Virus record (IMG/VR): IMGVR_UViG_3300050154_000024
Location: 1-28,624 of that record
Direction: 5' to 3' (one strand)
DNA length: 28,624 nt
DNA from: a virus
Lineage: Duplodnaviria > Caudoviricetes
The translations under genes were made by a program, and so were the position numbers. Below are positions 1-10,166 of this stretch, in pieces; position 1 is the stretch's first letter; every line of letters begins with the position of its first letter. Under the pieces are notes generated by a model. It made no database searches, was not told the DNA's origin, and saw only the letters and a program-made list of their open reading frames with translations.

Positions 1-1831
1 CAAAGAAAAAGTCACCGTTCCCGTTTGGGGATACCGTGATTTTCAAAATGAGCAGGAATCACAAAACTTCCAAGATGCTCTCAAAATGCACGATGAAAAT
101 TATAACTTCTTTTTGAACTCTCCCGAAGAATATCTGAAAGCCATTGATTATTACCATGACAGTGGTATGCCAAACGTTGCTTTTGATACGGGCGAAGTTG
201 AAGAAATTGAACAGCCGAAGGTCATTCAAAACCGTCCCACGGTTGAAATGGTTAACCCGGAAAACCTGTTTGTTGATCCCTCCTGTGAAGGTGACATCAG
301 CAAAGCTCGGTTTATGGTATTGAGCTTCGAAACCAGCAAAGCTGAACTCATGCGGGATGGCCGCTACAAAAATCTTGGGCAAATCAACTATTCGGCAAGT
401 GAAATCCTTTCACAACCAGATCACAAAACTGAAACCCCAAACAACTTCAATTTCAAAGATGACTTGCGGAAACGCATTATCGCCTATGAATATTGGGGTA
501 TGTCTGACATTCATGGAACTGGCCAGTTGGTGCCTATTGTCGCCACTTGGATTGGTAGTGTGTTGATTCGTCTGGAAGAAAACCCTTTCCCGGATCAGAA
601 ACCCCCATTTGTCATGGTTCCCTATCTCCCAGTGAAACGGGCAATCTACGGCGAAACCGATGCAGAACTGCTGGAAGACAACCAGAAAATACTTGGTGCT
701 GTGACTCGTGGCATGATTGACCTGATGGGTCGGTCGGCCAATTCTCAACAAGGCACTGTCAAGGGTATGCTGGATGCGACGAACAAACGTCGCTTTGATG
801 CTGGGCAGGATTATGAATTCAACCCCAATACTCACCCCAACAATGGTTTGGTGCAGCACACATATCCTGAAATTCCAGCTTCTGCGATGAATATGCTGGG
901 GCTTCAGAACCAAGAAGCAGAAGCCCTATCAGGCGTCAAAGCCTTTGCTGGTGGCATGTCTGGCAACGCCTATGGTGATGTGGCTGCCGGTATTCGTGGG
1001 ATGCTGGATGCTGCCTCCAAGCGTGAAATGGCCATCCTTCGTCGTCTGGCTCAAGGTATGCAGGAGATTGGCACGAAAATCATTCAGATGAATCAAGTGT
1101 TCATGTCTGAAGAAGAAATCATTCGTGTTACCAACAAGGTTTTCCAAAAGGTTCGCCGTGAAGACATTCAAGGCAACTTTGATTTGGAAGTCGATATTTC
1201 GACTGCCGAAGTGGACAATGCTAAATCTCAGGATTTGTCTTTCATGCTTCAGACCATGGGTCCGGGCATGGACTTTGAAATCCAAAAGATGATCTTTAGC
1301 GAAATCGCTGAACTGAAGCGTATGCCTTCTCTGGCTCACCGTATTCAGCAATATCAACGCCAACCCGATCCTTTGGTTGTGCAAGAGCAACAACTCAAGC
1401 TAAAGAAGCTTGAGAAAGAAATGGAACTGATCGACTCTGAAATTGCTCTTAATGCAGCCAAGGCCAAACAAGCCGGTGCTGCGGCAGACAAGACCAACCT
1501 TGACTTTGTGGAGCAGGAAACCGGAACTGCCCATGAAAGGGACTTGCAAAAACAGAAGGCTCAGGCACAAGGTAACGCAGACCTTGAAGTGACGAAGGCG
1601 TTGCTAAAAGACCGAAAGCCTGATGAAAAACCCGGCAACATCGCAGCAGCCATTGGCTATAACGATGTGGCTGCCAAAAAGGACCACCCAAAGCAACCCC
1701 CCACTCCTGCACCAGTTCCGGCCAGCACACCACTGGGCATCAACCCGAACCTGAATGCACAACAGAACATTGGATCGGTTCGGTTCGATCCAAAACAAGA
1801 CCCTGCACTGAACCCAGCCCTCAGGCTTTAA
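1..1831 (+). CDS. Portal protein (N4 gp59-like), 5'-truncated by window edge
   Basis: Frame is open from position 2 (KEKVTVPVWGY...) into the 86..1831 ORF. Podophage/N4 portal-type motifs YEYWG, IRLEENPFPDQKPPFV, GAVTRGMIDLMGRSAN, LDAASKREMAILRRLA, FDLEVDIST. Lies upstream of the scaffold and capsid genes. Confidence 0.93.
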   Translation, partial: KEKVTVPVWGYRDFQNEQESQNFQDALKMHDENYNFFLNSPEEYLKAIDYYHDSGMPNVAFDTGEVEEIEQPKVIQNRPTVEMVNPENLFVDPSCEGDISKARFMVLSFETSKAELMRDGRYKNLGQINYSASEILSQPDHKTETPNNFNFKDDLRKRIIAYEYWGMSDIHGTGQLVPIVATWIGSVLIRLEENPFPDQKPPFVMVPYLPVKRAIYGETDAELLEDNQKILGAVTRGMIDLMGRSANSQQGTVKGMLDATNKRRFDAGQDYEFNPNTHPNNGLVQHTYPEIPASAMNMLGLQNQEAEALSGVKAFAGGMSGNAYGDVAAGIRGMLDAASKREMAILRRLAQGMQEIGTKIIQMNQVFMSEEEIIRVTNKVFQKVRREDIQGNFDLEVDISTAEVDNAKSQDLSFMLQTMGPGMDFEIQKMIFSEIAELKRMPSLAHRIQQYQRQPDPLVVQEQQLKLKKLEKEMELIDSEIALNAAKAKQAGAAADKTNLDFVEQETGTAHERDLQKQKAQAQGNADLEVTKALLKDRKPDEKPGNIAAAIGYNDVAAKKDHPKQPPTPAPVPASTPLGINPNLNAQQNIGSVRFDPKQDPALNPALRL

Positions 1832-1849
1832 CCTCAAGGAACCACTGCC

Positions 1850-2242
1850 ATGGCTCGCATTGCCGAACAAATCGAAACCATCGAAATCACCATCGAACAG
1901 GCGAAGGAAGCCGTCCAACTTCGGGACGATGCTTTCGCTCTGAGCGAAAATCCGATTTTCAAGAAACTGATCATGCAAGGTTATTTTGAAAAAGAGCCTG
2001 CACGAATCGCCAGTATCTACGCTCATCCGAGTATCAGTGCTGATCAACGTGCCATGCTAGAACGTGACCTTCATGCTGTTGGAGCTATGCGGCTCTATAT
2101 GCAGAAGCTCATTCAGTTGGGTGACATCGCTGATCGTGAAATCAGAGCAAGCCAAGAAACCTTGGATGAACTTCGTTCCTTGCGTGAAGATGAAATCTCC
2201 ATGGAAGATGGTGATGAAGTTGATCTGAGTCTTGGTGCTTAA
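1850..2242 (+). CDS. Conserved N4-like hypothetical protein (gp58-like)
   Basis: 130 aa, AAGGA RBS upstream, helical, NPIFKKLIMQGYF motif. Sits between portal and gp57-like gene as in N4. Confidence 0.8.
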   Translation: MARIAEQIETIEITIEQAKEAVQLRDDAFALSENPIFKKLIMQGYFEKEPARIASIYAHPSISADQRAMLERDLHAVGAMRLYMQKLIQLGDIADREIRASQETLDELRSLREDEISMEDGDEVDLSLGA

Positions 2243-2253
2243 GGAGAAAATGA

Positions 2254-3657
2254 ATGCCGACCGAGAACAAGAATGATCTGGCAGACCTGTCTGATGATGA
2301 GCTTTCCAAGCTGTCTTCGGCCCCAGAGGTTCCTTCTTCTGGTTCAGAAACTGTTGTGGAAATGCAACAGATCGAAACCAATGTGAACACTGATCCCCCG
2401 GCTGATGCAGCGGCTTCGACTGAAGTGGCAGCGACGGAAAAGGCTGATGAACAGCCATCCGGGGATGGTCAAGAGGGCGAAGGTGAACAAGCTGACAAGT
2501 CGAGTGATGCCGATAAGTTGGACAAATCAGATGCAAAAAATGATGAGGATTCATCCGCCCTCTTGGGTCTTTCTGATGACGAGATCGCAAAGCTTGATCT
2601 GAAAACTTTGGGAAGCAAACCCAAAGCAGAAGTGAAGGTGAATGCTGATCTTGTCAAAGGTGACGAGGACAAGAAAGACGAAAAAGTTGAAGACAAGTCT
2701 AAGGAAATTAAGGCTCTTGTTGATGCACCAAAGACAGGTGCAAAAGCAGATGAAAAGCCTGTTGATTTCCAAAAGGCTTACGAAGCAATCATGGCCCCTT
2801 TCAAAGCGAATGGGAAAGTAATTCAGGCTCAGACTCCTGATGAAGCCATCAAGCTTATGCAACTGGGCGCAAATTATACCCAGAAGATGCAGAAGCTGGC
2901 ACCAAACCTGAAGTTGATGCAGGCTTTGGACAACAACAAGTTGCTGGATCAAGGCAACGTTGACTTCCTAATCGACCTTGCCAAAGGCAATCCTGACGCA
3001 ATCAATCGTCTTCTGAAAGAGAAGAGTATTGATCCGTTAGACCTTGATGTTGCCACGGAAAAGGTTTATACTCCTACCAATCATTCTGTCTCCGACGCAC
3101 AGATGACCTTTCAATCCGCTCTGGATGACGCTCTGTCTACCCCAGAAGGAAAGGCTACGGTCGCTGAAATCGAACAGAACTGGGATACTCTGAGCCACCA
3201 ACGCATCCGCGATGAGCCAGAAATCCTTCAAGTGATCCAGTTTCAGCGTGAAAACGGCTTGTATGCCCAAATCACTGCTGAAATTGATCGCCAGAAGACA
3301 TTGGGAAACATCAAGCCCAATACCACGTTCTTGGATGCTTACAAGGCAACTGGGGACAGTCTGCACAACTCCGGCAAGCTGATGCTGAATGGTGTGCCCA
3401 CGAACAAGACGGATCAATCTACGGTTGAAGCCCCGAAAGTTCAGGCCCCCACCCAAACCGAAGTAAAAACTCCGGTAGAAGCTCCGAAGATGTTGGCGAC
3501 TCGTCCGGCTGCGCCCAGACCGGCAGTCAAGGATGATGCAAGGGCAAAAGCCGCAGGCTCAACCCGAACCTCTCCTTCGAAGAAAACCCCTACCGATTTC
3601 AATCCCCTCACCATGAGTGATGAGGAATTCTTGAAAATCGGAAACATGAACATCTAA
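2254..3657 (+). CDS. N4 gp57-like protein (putative scaffolding protein; often annotated tape-measure)
   Basis: 467 aa, AAGGAG RBS. Acidic disordered N-terminus, conserved core PFKANGK...[14 protein letters not shown]-terminal [11 protein letters not shown]. Immediately upstream of the capsid gene. Confidence 0.85.
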   Translation: MPTENKNDLADLSDDELSKLSSAPEVPSSGSETVVEMQQIETNVNTDPPADAAASTEVAATEKADEQPSGDGQEGEGEQADKSSDADKLDKSDAKNDEDSSALLGLSDDEIAKLDLKTLGSKPKAEVKVNADLVKGDEDKKDEKVEDKSKEIKALVDAPKTGAKADEKPVDFQKAYEAIMAPFKANGKVIQAQTPDEAIKLMQLGANYTQKMQKLAPNLKLMQALDNNKLLDQGNVDFLIDLAKGNPDAINRLLKEKSIDPLDLDVATEKVYTPTNHSVSDAQMTFQSALDDALSTPEGKATVAEIEQNWDTLSHQRIRDEPEILQVIQFQRENGLYAQITAEIDRQKTLGNIKPNTTFLDAYKATGDSLHNSGKLMLNGVPTNKTDQSTVEAPKVQAPTQTEVKTPVEAPKMLATRPAAPRPAVKDDARAKAAGSTRTSPSKKTPTDFNPLTMSDEEFLKIGNMNI

Positions 3658-3670
3658 GGATTTGTCAATC

Positions 3671-5092
3671 ATGCCCACGATGCAATACAACGCCCCGAAT
3701 GGCTCTCCTTCGAGCATTGAAGGTTCCGGCTCCGCCCAGATGAACGTTTTCTATTGGTGGCGCAAAGCCATCATCGACGCTCGGAAAGAGCAGTTCTTCA
3801 TGCCAATGTCGGATACTATTTCGATGCCGAAGAACTTTGGTAAAACCATCAAGGTTTACCAATACATTCCGCTGCTTGATGATCGCAACGTCAATGACCA
3901 AGGTATTGATGCTGCTGGCGCTACCATTGTTAAAGACAGTTACAATGTGGCTTTCGATGACAATGTGTACACCTATGCTGTTACTGGTGATGCCACTGCT
4001 GCTGCTGCTGCGGTGAATGCGATCGCCGCTGGTATCGCTGTCAAGGCTGGTGCTGGTCCCTACACTGTCACCCTGTCGGATACGACTCTCAGTGGTGCTA
4101 CGCTGGCCCAAGTGAACGCTGTGCTGGTTTACATGCCTCTGGTGGTGTCATCTCGCCATGCTGGCAACCTCTATGGCTCGTCCAAGGACATTGGAACGAT
4201 CACTGGCAAACTGCCTTTGCTGACTGAAGCTGGTGGCCGTGTGAACCGTGTTGGCTTCACTCGTCTGGAACGCGAAGGGTCGATCACCAAGTTTGGCTTC
4301 TTCATGGAGTGGACCAAGGAAACTTTGGACTTCGACTCCGATGCTGATCTTTACGGCCACCTGAGCCGTGAAATGGTGACGGGCGCTGTTCAGTTGACTG
4401 AAGCGGTTCTGCAAAAAGACCTGATCGGCAATGCTGGTGTGGTTTACTATTCGGGTGATGCCACTTCGCAAGGCACCGTTACCGCTGAAGGTGCCGCCCC
4501 GGACATCATCGACTATGACGGCCTGATGCGTCTGTCGATCACGCTGGATGAAAACCGGACTCCTCGACAGACGAAGGTGATCACTGGTTCCCGTATGGTG
4601 GATACTCGCACGATCTCGTCCGGTCGTGTGATGTTCTGTGGCTCCGAATTGCTTCCCCTGCTTCGCAAAATGGAAGACAGCTTTGGTGATGCAGCTTTCA
4701 TCCCGGTTCACAAATATGCCGATGCTTCGACGATCATGAACGGTGAGGTCGGCACCATCGACCAATTCCGCATCGTCATTGTGCCGGAAATGCTGCACTG
4801 GGACGGCGAAGGTGCCACGGTTGTGACCAACCCCGGCTACCGCTCGTCTGGTAACAAGTACAACGTGTACCCGATGCTGGTCATTGGTGATGAGTCTTTT
4901 GTCACCATTGGCTTCCAGACGGATGGCAAGTCGGTCAAGTTCGACATCACCACCAAGATGCCGGGCAAAGAAACTGCTGACCGGAATGACCCCTATGGTG
5001 AGACGGGCTTCTCGTCCATCAAGTGGTACTATGGCCTGCTGGTCATGCGCCCTGAGCGCCTGGCTTTGGTCAAGACGGTTGCACCGCTTTGA
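3671..5092 (+). CDS. Major capsid protein (N4 gp56-like)
   Basis: Closely resembles N4 MCP as recalled: [57 protein letters not shown]-terminal KTVAPL. Start taken at ATG 3671 after AAGGA (TTG 3662 or ATG 3680 possible). High-GC codon usage. Confidence 0.97.
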   Translation: MPTMQYNAPNGSPSSIEGSGSAQMNVFYWWRKAIIDARKEQFFMPMSDTISMPKNFGKTIKVYQYIPLLDDRNVNDQGIDAAGATIVKDSYNVAFDDNVYTYAVTGDATAAAAAVNAIAAGIAVKAGAGPYTVTLSDTTLSGATLAQVNAVLVYMPLVVSSRHAGNLYGSSKDIGTITGKLPLLTEAGGRVNRVGFTRLEREGSITKFGFFMEWTKETLDFDSDADLYGHLSREMVTGAVQLTEAVLQKDLIGNAGVVYYSGDATSQGTVTAEGAAPDIIDYDGLMRLSITLDENRTPRQTKVITGSRMVDTRTISSGRVMFCGSELLPLLRKMEDSFGDAAFIPVHKYADASTIMNGEVGTIDQFRIVIVPEMLHWDGEGATVVTNPGYRSSGNKYNVYPMLVIGDESFVTIGFQTDGKSVKFDITTKMPGKETADRNDPYGETGFSSIKWYYGLLVMRPERLALVKTVAPL

Positions 5093-5110
5093 TCAAAGTG
5101 ATCTAAGGAT

Positions 5111-5138
5111 AGGGGCAGAGGAAACTCTGCCCCTTTCT
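5111..5138 (+). terminator. Rho-independent terminator-like hairpin after the capsid gene
   Basis: AGGGGCAGAG-GAAA-CTCTGCCCCT, a perfect 10-bp stem with GNRA loop, followed by a short TTCT tract (probably leaky). Confidence 0.8.
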
Positions 5139-5191
5139 GCATGAAGACTCTATAAAGACCCAACGAAACCCATCAAACAGGAATTCCTGAA

Positions 5192-5830
5192 ATGGCCGAA
5201 GATAAAGCTGCCACTGCTTCTGAAAGCAAAATCTCTGAAACCAAAGTTCCCGAAACCCAAGCTCCGATTGCCCCCATGATTGCTCAGGCACCCGTTCAAG
5301 TCGATGAACGTGTCCTGTTGATGCAACGTGCTGACATGCTTGGTGTGTCTTACCATGACACTATCGACGCTGTGTCGCTTCGTGAACGCATCCAAGCGAA
5401 GCTAATGGACAAGACCCCTGCACCGATCCCTGAATTGACCGGCAATGCCCTGTCGGCCCAACGGCTTCAAAAAGCCTATGAGCAAGGCATGAAACTTCGC
5501 CGCATTCGGCTGACCAATATGAACCCCACCAAGAAAGACTTGCCCGGTGAAATCTTTACTTTCGCCAATAAGTCATTGGGGACTGTTCGTCGTTATGTCC
5601 CTTACAATGAGGCTATGAATGAGGGGTGGCATGTGCCGGAAGTCATTTATCAGATGCTGAAGGAAAAGACGTATCTTCAGGTAAAAACCAAAAAAGGTCC
5701 GGGCGGTACTGATGTTCCCGATACTCGTTGGGTAAAAGAATTCGCCATTGAAGACCTGCCTTCTTTGACCGAATCTCAACTTCAAAACTTGGCCAATCAG
5801 CAAGCTGCCGCCAACGGCATGGCAAACTGA
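5192..5830 (+). CDS. N4 gp55-like conserved protein
   Basis: 212 aa. Motifs RIRLTNMNPTKKDLPGEIFT, GTVRRYVPY, GWHVP, KEFAIEDLP. Directly downstream of MCP as in N4. Confidence 0.85.
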   Translation: MAEDKAATASESKISETKVPETQAPIAPMIAQAPVQVDERVLLMQRADMLGVSYHDTIDAVSLRERIQAKLMDKTPAPIPELTGNALSAQRLQKAYEQGMKLRRIRLTNMNPTKKDLPGEIFTFANKSLGTVRRYVPYNEAMNEGWHVPEVIYQMLKEKTYLQVKTKKGPGGTDVPDTRWVKEFAIEDLPSLTESQLQNLANQQAAANGMAN

Positions 5831-5853
5831 TCTGAACCAGAAGGAAAGAATAA

Positions 5854-6996
5854 ATGCCCGTCGATCCTGATCCCGCTATTGATTCCTGTGGGGCTGCTGA
5901 AGCAGCAGACACGGTATTTGACACGATTATGGCTGGGGAAGACTTTTCTATCCCAACTGTTGATCTGTCGGGTGATGAGTTTCAAATCCCTAATGAAACC
6001 GGAAATCCGCTTTTTGCGGAAATCGTTCCCATCACGATTGGGCAACTGACCACCAAGACGGTCGGAGGGGCGGGCATTTTTGACATCCTAATGTACACCA
6101 TGAAGGTGCATTTGGATGAGCAGTATAAAAATCAGCGAATCACAGGTCGTGAATTTACTGAAGCGTATATTGCCAATTCAAGTTCTGCTATGCAGACTGC
6201 TGTGCAATTTCTGCTTGGAAAAGACACTGCACTATACAATGCCTATGCTGCTCAAGCTGCTGCACAGATAGCTGAAATCTCTGTGGTCAAAGCCCGCATT
6301 GATCTCAAAATGGCTGAACTGCAAACATCTATTCTTTCGATCCAAGCCAAAACGGCTGAAGCCCAGTATGCTTCTTCCAAGATGGAACTGTCCATCAAAG
6401 ATGCCCAGTATTGCAATCTGCTTTTGGAAAAAGCCGCCAAGGTTATCCAAAATGCTTCGCTGCAATACAACTTGGACAACCTGTTGCCGAAACAGAATAT
6501 CAAAGCTGGTCTGGAAAATGATTTGGCTACTTTGATTCTCGCCGGAACCAGCACTGAAAATGACATTAAGTCTTATACCTTGGACACGACGATGGTCAAA
6601 CAGGCTGCCTTGCTCGACAAGCAGATTACTGGGGCTGAGAATGACAACAACATCAAGGTCTACACCCTTGAAAATATTCTGCCCAAGCAACTTCTGTTGA
6701 TCTCTGAACAAGGTGAAGCTCAACGTGCCCAAACTCTGAATACCCGTTCTGATGGCACCACGACTGTTGTCGGAATTCTGGGAAAACAGAAAGACCTCTA
6801 CACTCAGCAGATTACTTCGTATAAGCGTGATGCTGAAACGAAGGCTGTGAAGATGATGGTGGATGGTTGGGTTGCCCAGAAGACCATTGATGAGGGTCTT
6901 GAACCTCCGGGTGTGATGATCAACTCAAATATTCAAACTATCTTTGCCACCCTCCAAACCAATCTTGATCTGGGTGTTGTGACTCCCACCCCGTAA
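5854..6996 (+). CDS. N4 gp54-like structural protein (putative tail tube)
   Basis: 380 aa, AAGGA RBS. Motifs GAGIFDILM, RITGREF, GILGKQKDLYTQQITSYKRDAE, W..QKTIDEG. Synteny fits. The tail-tube role is inferred from recalled structures of N4-like phages. Confidence 0.82.
   Translation: MPVDPDPAIDSCGAAEAADTVFDTIMAGEDFSIPTVDLSGDEFQIPNETGNPLFAEIVPITIGQLTTKTVGGAGIFDILMYTMKVHLDEQYKNQRITGREFTEAYIANSSSAMQTAVQFLLGKDTALYNAYAAQAAAQIAEISVVKARIDLKMAELQTSILSIQAKTAEAQYASSKMELSIKDAQYCNLLLEKAAKVIQNASLQYNLDNLLPKQNIKAGLENDLATLILAGTSTENDIKSYTLDTTMVKQAALLDKQITGAENDNNIKVYTLENILPKQLLLISEQGEAQRAQTLNTRSDGTTTVVGILGKQKDLYTQQITSYKRDAETKAVKMMVDGWVAQKTIDEGLEPPGVMINSNIQTIFATLQTNLDLGVVTPTP
6466..6690 (+). repeat. Three internal peptide repeats Y[NT]L[DE]xxxxKQ in the gp54-like protein
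   Basis: YNLDNLLPKQ (6466), YTLDTTMVKQ (6574), YTLENILPKQ (6661). Confidence 0.7.
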
Positions 6997-7004
6997 GGAA
7001 TACG

Positions 7005-9692
7005 ATGGGCCTGTTCAGTTCAAAAACCAAAATCTATGTCTCCTCCGTAGTGTACTCACTCGGGGGAGATTATGCTGATAGAACCGACTTTCTCAAATTT
7101 TTGGTAATCAATAATACCTTTGCCAGAGAGCCTAAACTCTCAATGTCTGAGGCTATTATTTCTGGTTCCCTTACTGGACCCGCCATGGACATGAGATCGT
7201 TCTACCGATGGTCTATTGTCAACTATGCTGAAGCAATCCCAGACTCGGGTTTCTTTGGTGCTAGTGATTTAGATATTGAGGCTATTACAGGAGAAATTCC
7301 TGTAGGAATCCATGAAACTGCATGGGTTTCAGAAGCTGTTGTTGGTGCTATTGATTATAGTAAATGGTCCTATGGTTATATGCTTGCAAATCATAGTGAT
7401 CTAATTGATACTGAATGGAATTCTACTATTAGTTCCTCTGATGTTATCACAATTATTTTTGAGGATACAACTACAGAAACTTTTACTCCTTCCAATTTTC
7501 ATAGGGATAAAATCTATCTCTATATCCAATATGCAAAAGTAACTGCTGGCGGCAGTGCGGAACTGGTAAATACCGGGGTTACCTACGGCCCATTCTCTTC
7601 TTCTGGTTCCCTTCCTGATATTACTGATTTCACTTTTCGTGAAACAGTAGTCACGACTGGTTTGACTAAAATCATTTATAATACTGTTACCACAGATGTA
7701 ACATATTCTGATTCTACCCCATCTACCAGTGATACAACTACCACTGAAACTGGTGAGATGACTTACGATAAAAGTGATGATATTTATTTCAAATATTTAA
7801 TTACAATCACTGATCCTTCAGATGAAACAAAACTCCTTACTCTGAGGGATGATATTCATATTTGGACTCAACCGAGAATTACTACAACGACAACTGTATC
7901 TTCAATTGATATGGATATTGGTGGTGGTGTCATCATGACAACCACTACTACAACTGTATCTGAAAGCTTTGTTAGTGGAGAAGTAGACTACTACTATCGA
8001 ACTGATTCTTATGCAGAGGATATTGGTAGTCTTACTAATCCTATTTTCCTACCCTATGCTTTTGGGGATGGAAACACTGTGCTTGACGCTATGGAACCTA
8101 CCAAAGATGTGAGCACTGGGTATTACCCAATTATTCCTCTACGAATTGAAAACAAAATGGTGAATGAAGCACCATATGATACAACTTTGTATACTAAAGC
8201 ATCTAAAGCATACAAAAAAGCCACCCATGGAAAACTGACTAAGCTACTTGATGAGATAGTAGATAATCCCTCTTTGGGGGATATTGACTATTCCTTTATC
8301 CATTATGGTGTTCCACTGAATACTAAATCCAATGAATCAAGGAGATACATCTACGAATTCCTTCGTGAAATGATTAATCAGCAATTATGCACAAAAGCTG
8401 ATCATGATGTTTTTCAGACTAAATATGAAGAGTATATTACAACTATAGATGATATGTCTGATATTTTTGAGCATACAATTATTAATGTTATTCCCCCACT
8501 AAGACCAACTTTTCCTGTGCTGCCCAAGACAACTTTACAAATTAATAATACTGATCCAGCTTACTACTTTTACAATTTTAGAATTTCTTGGTCGTATGCC
8601 GAAGAAACTTTCCATACTGGATTGGGCAAAGTAGATGCGAAAGTAGGTGATCTCTGGATCATTAAAAATGCTGTTATAAACAGATACAGTTATACTGTTT
8701 CCCGTGCTTTTACAAAATTGTATACAGACACTATTCCTGAATTAGGTTTCAAAATCTATTTTCAATATGCACCCAATGCGTACAAAGTTATCGAAATGAT
8801 TGACATGACCCATAACAATCTTGTTTATAGGGGCAAATCTGTATTGATTACATCACACGAAGCACTTGATGATACTGATGATTCGGGATTTATTATCCCT
8901 CTTCATTACGGTATCTTCAAACGTATTCCTATTATGCAGCAAAATCAAGTTGCACTTGAGTGTGGTATAATTATTTTTAACTGTTTTGTGGTTAAAAAAA
9001 CTAAATGGTATCAATCTTTAGTTTTTAAGATACTAATTATCATTGCCATTGTAGTGATTACAGCTATTGTTGCTCCAAGTGTACTACTTGGTGGTGGTGG
9101 TTTACTTGGTGCTAATACAGCAATTGGTAGCGCAGTTGGATTATCCGGGATAAGTGGTGCAATCTTTGGTGCTGTTACAAATGCTATTGTTGCATCAATT
9201 GTAACTCAAATGATCTCTACAGTAGCAGTGTCTCTTTTGGGAGATAAACTTGGTGCAATTGTAAGTGCAGTGTTGGGCTTTATCATCGCCAATCCCACAC
9301 TTCTTGCTGGTGGTTCTGTTGGTGCTACGGCATGGAGCAATCTGTTCCGGCCAGAAAATCTCTTGGCATTGACTAGCCCTATCGCGGGGGTCTATACTCA
9401 AATTCTACAGGGCAAGACGGCAAACATCTATGCGGATTTGCAGACTGCCCAAGACTCCTACGAGAAGCAAATGGAAGAAATCCAAAAGCTTACTGAGGAA
9501 AATCTTGGGTCCGCCACTGATTTCTTCAATCCCATGGCTCTGACTGACATCGGACAGAACGGTCCCACCAGCTATGAAGCTAGTGACGCTTTTCTTAACC
9601 GAACCCTTCTGACAGGCTCAGACATCGCTGGGATGACCTTCGAGACCGTTTACAGCTTTGTTTCGGTCAACCTGACAATCGATTTGAGGTGA
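7005..9692 (+). CDS. N4 gp53-like large virion protein with hydrophobic C-terminal segments
   Basis: 895 aa starting MGLFSSKTKIYVSSVVY. Motifs YYPIIPLR, NPSLGDIDY, SGFIIPLH, KKTKWYQ followed by Gly/Ala/Ile-rich membrane-like helices, and FLNRTLLTGSDIA. Confidence 0.82.
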   Translation: MGLFSSKTKIYVSSVVYSLGGDYADRTDFLKFLVINNTFAREPKLSMSEAIISGSLTGPAMDMRSFYRWSIVNYAEAIPDSGFFGASDLDIEAITGEIPVGIHETAWVSEAVVGAIDYSKWSYGYMLANHSDLIDTEWNSTISSSDVITIIFEDTTTETFTPSNFHRDKIYLYIQYAKVTAGGSAELVNTGVTYGPFSSSGSLPDITDFTFRETVVTTGLTKIIYNTVTTDVTYSDSTPSTSDTTTTETGEMTYDKSDDIYFKYLITITDPSDETKLLTLRDDIHIWTQPRITTTTTVSSIDMDIGGGVIMTTTTTTVSESFVSGEVDYYYRTDSYAEDIGSLTNPIFLPYAFGDGNTVLDAMEPTKDVSTGYYPIIPLRIENKMVNEAPYDTTLYTKASKAYKKATHGKLTKLLDEIVDNPSLGDIDYSFIHYGVPLNTKSNESRRYIYEFLREMINQQLCTKADHDVFQTKYEEYITTIDDMSDIFEHTIINVIPPLRPTFPVLPKTTLQINNTDPAYYFYNFRISWSYAEETFHTGLGKVDAKVGDLWIIKNAVINRYSYTVSRAFTKLYTDTIPELGFKIYFQYAPNAYKVIEMIDMTHNNLVYRGKSVLITSHEALDDTDDSGFIIPLHYGIFKRIPIMQQNQVALECGIIIFNCFVVKKTKWYQSLVFKILIIIAIVVITAIVAPSVLLGGGGLLGANTAIGSAVGLSGISGAIFGAVTNAIVASIVTQMISTVAVSLLGDKLGAIVSAVLGFIIANPTLLAGGSVGATAWSNLFRPENLLALTSPIAGVYTQILQGKTANIYADLQTAQDSYEKQMEEIQKLTEENLGSATDFFNPMALTDIGQNGPTSYEASDAFLNRTLLTGSDIAGMTFETVYSFVSVNLTIDLR

Positions 9693-9698
9693 TTCTTC

Positions 9699-10145
9699 AT
9701 GGGTAACGCTGTTGATCTGAACTGGACTGGACTTCCGATGTCGAATTGGGGTGTTGATACCCAAGCTTCCATGATCCCCAATGCAAACGGCACCCTGCCC
9801 ACTATGGACACAGGTGCCATGATCCCTGTGGGTGCGTCTCCGACGAACCCCGCTCCTGCCGCTAAGACTCTTGCTGCCAAGACTGCTAGTGGTGGTTTGA
9901 ACTGGGGCAACGCTGGTGACATCATGACTGGTCTTGCTTCACTGGCAGGGGTCTGGGCTGCATTCCAGCAAAACAAGATTGCTCGGGATCAACTGAACTT
10001 CAACAAGTCGTCTTACAACACAAACTTGGCGAACCAGACCCAAACTTACAACACGGCATTGACGGACCGGATTTCGTCTCGCTATGTGCAAGAAGGTAAG
10101 TCTAAATCTGATGCCCAAGCGTATATCGACGCCAATAAACTCTGA
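9699..10145 (+). CDS. N4 gp52-like small ejection protein (putative membrane pore)
   Basis: 148 aa, GAGGTG RBS overlapping the previous stop. Hydrophobic helix GLASLAGVWAAF, then Q/N-rich coil (NLANQTQTYNTAL.DR) and AYIDANKL terminus. No Cys. Confidence 0.82.
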   Translation: MGNAVDLNWTGLPMSNWGVDTQASMIPNANGTLPTMDTGAMIPVGASPTNPAPAAKTLAAKTASGGLNWGNAGDIMTGLASLAGVWAAFQQNKIARDQLNFNKSSYNTNLANQTQTYNTALTDRISSRYVQEGKSKSDAQAYIDANKL

Positions 10146-10166
10146 TCCAGAAAAACGAGGTTTACG

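Noticed and set aside
86-88. ATG 86 as the portal start (and GTG 28535 as the primase start)
   Set aside because: Both frames are open to the window edges and the proteins are shorter than expected, so they are truncated rather than true starts.
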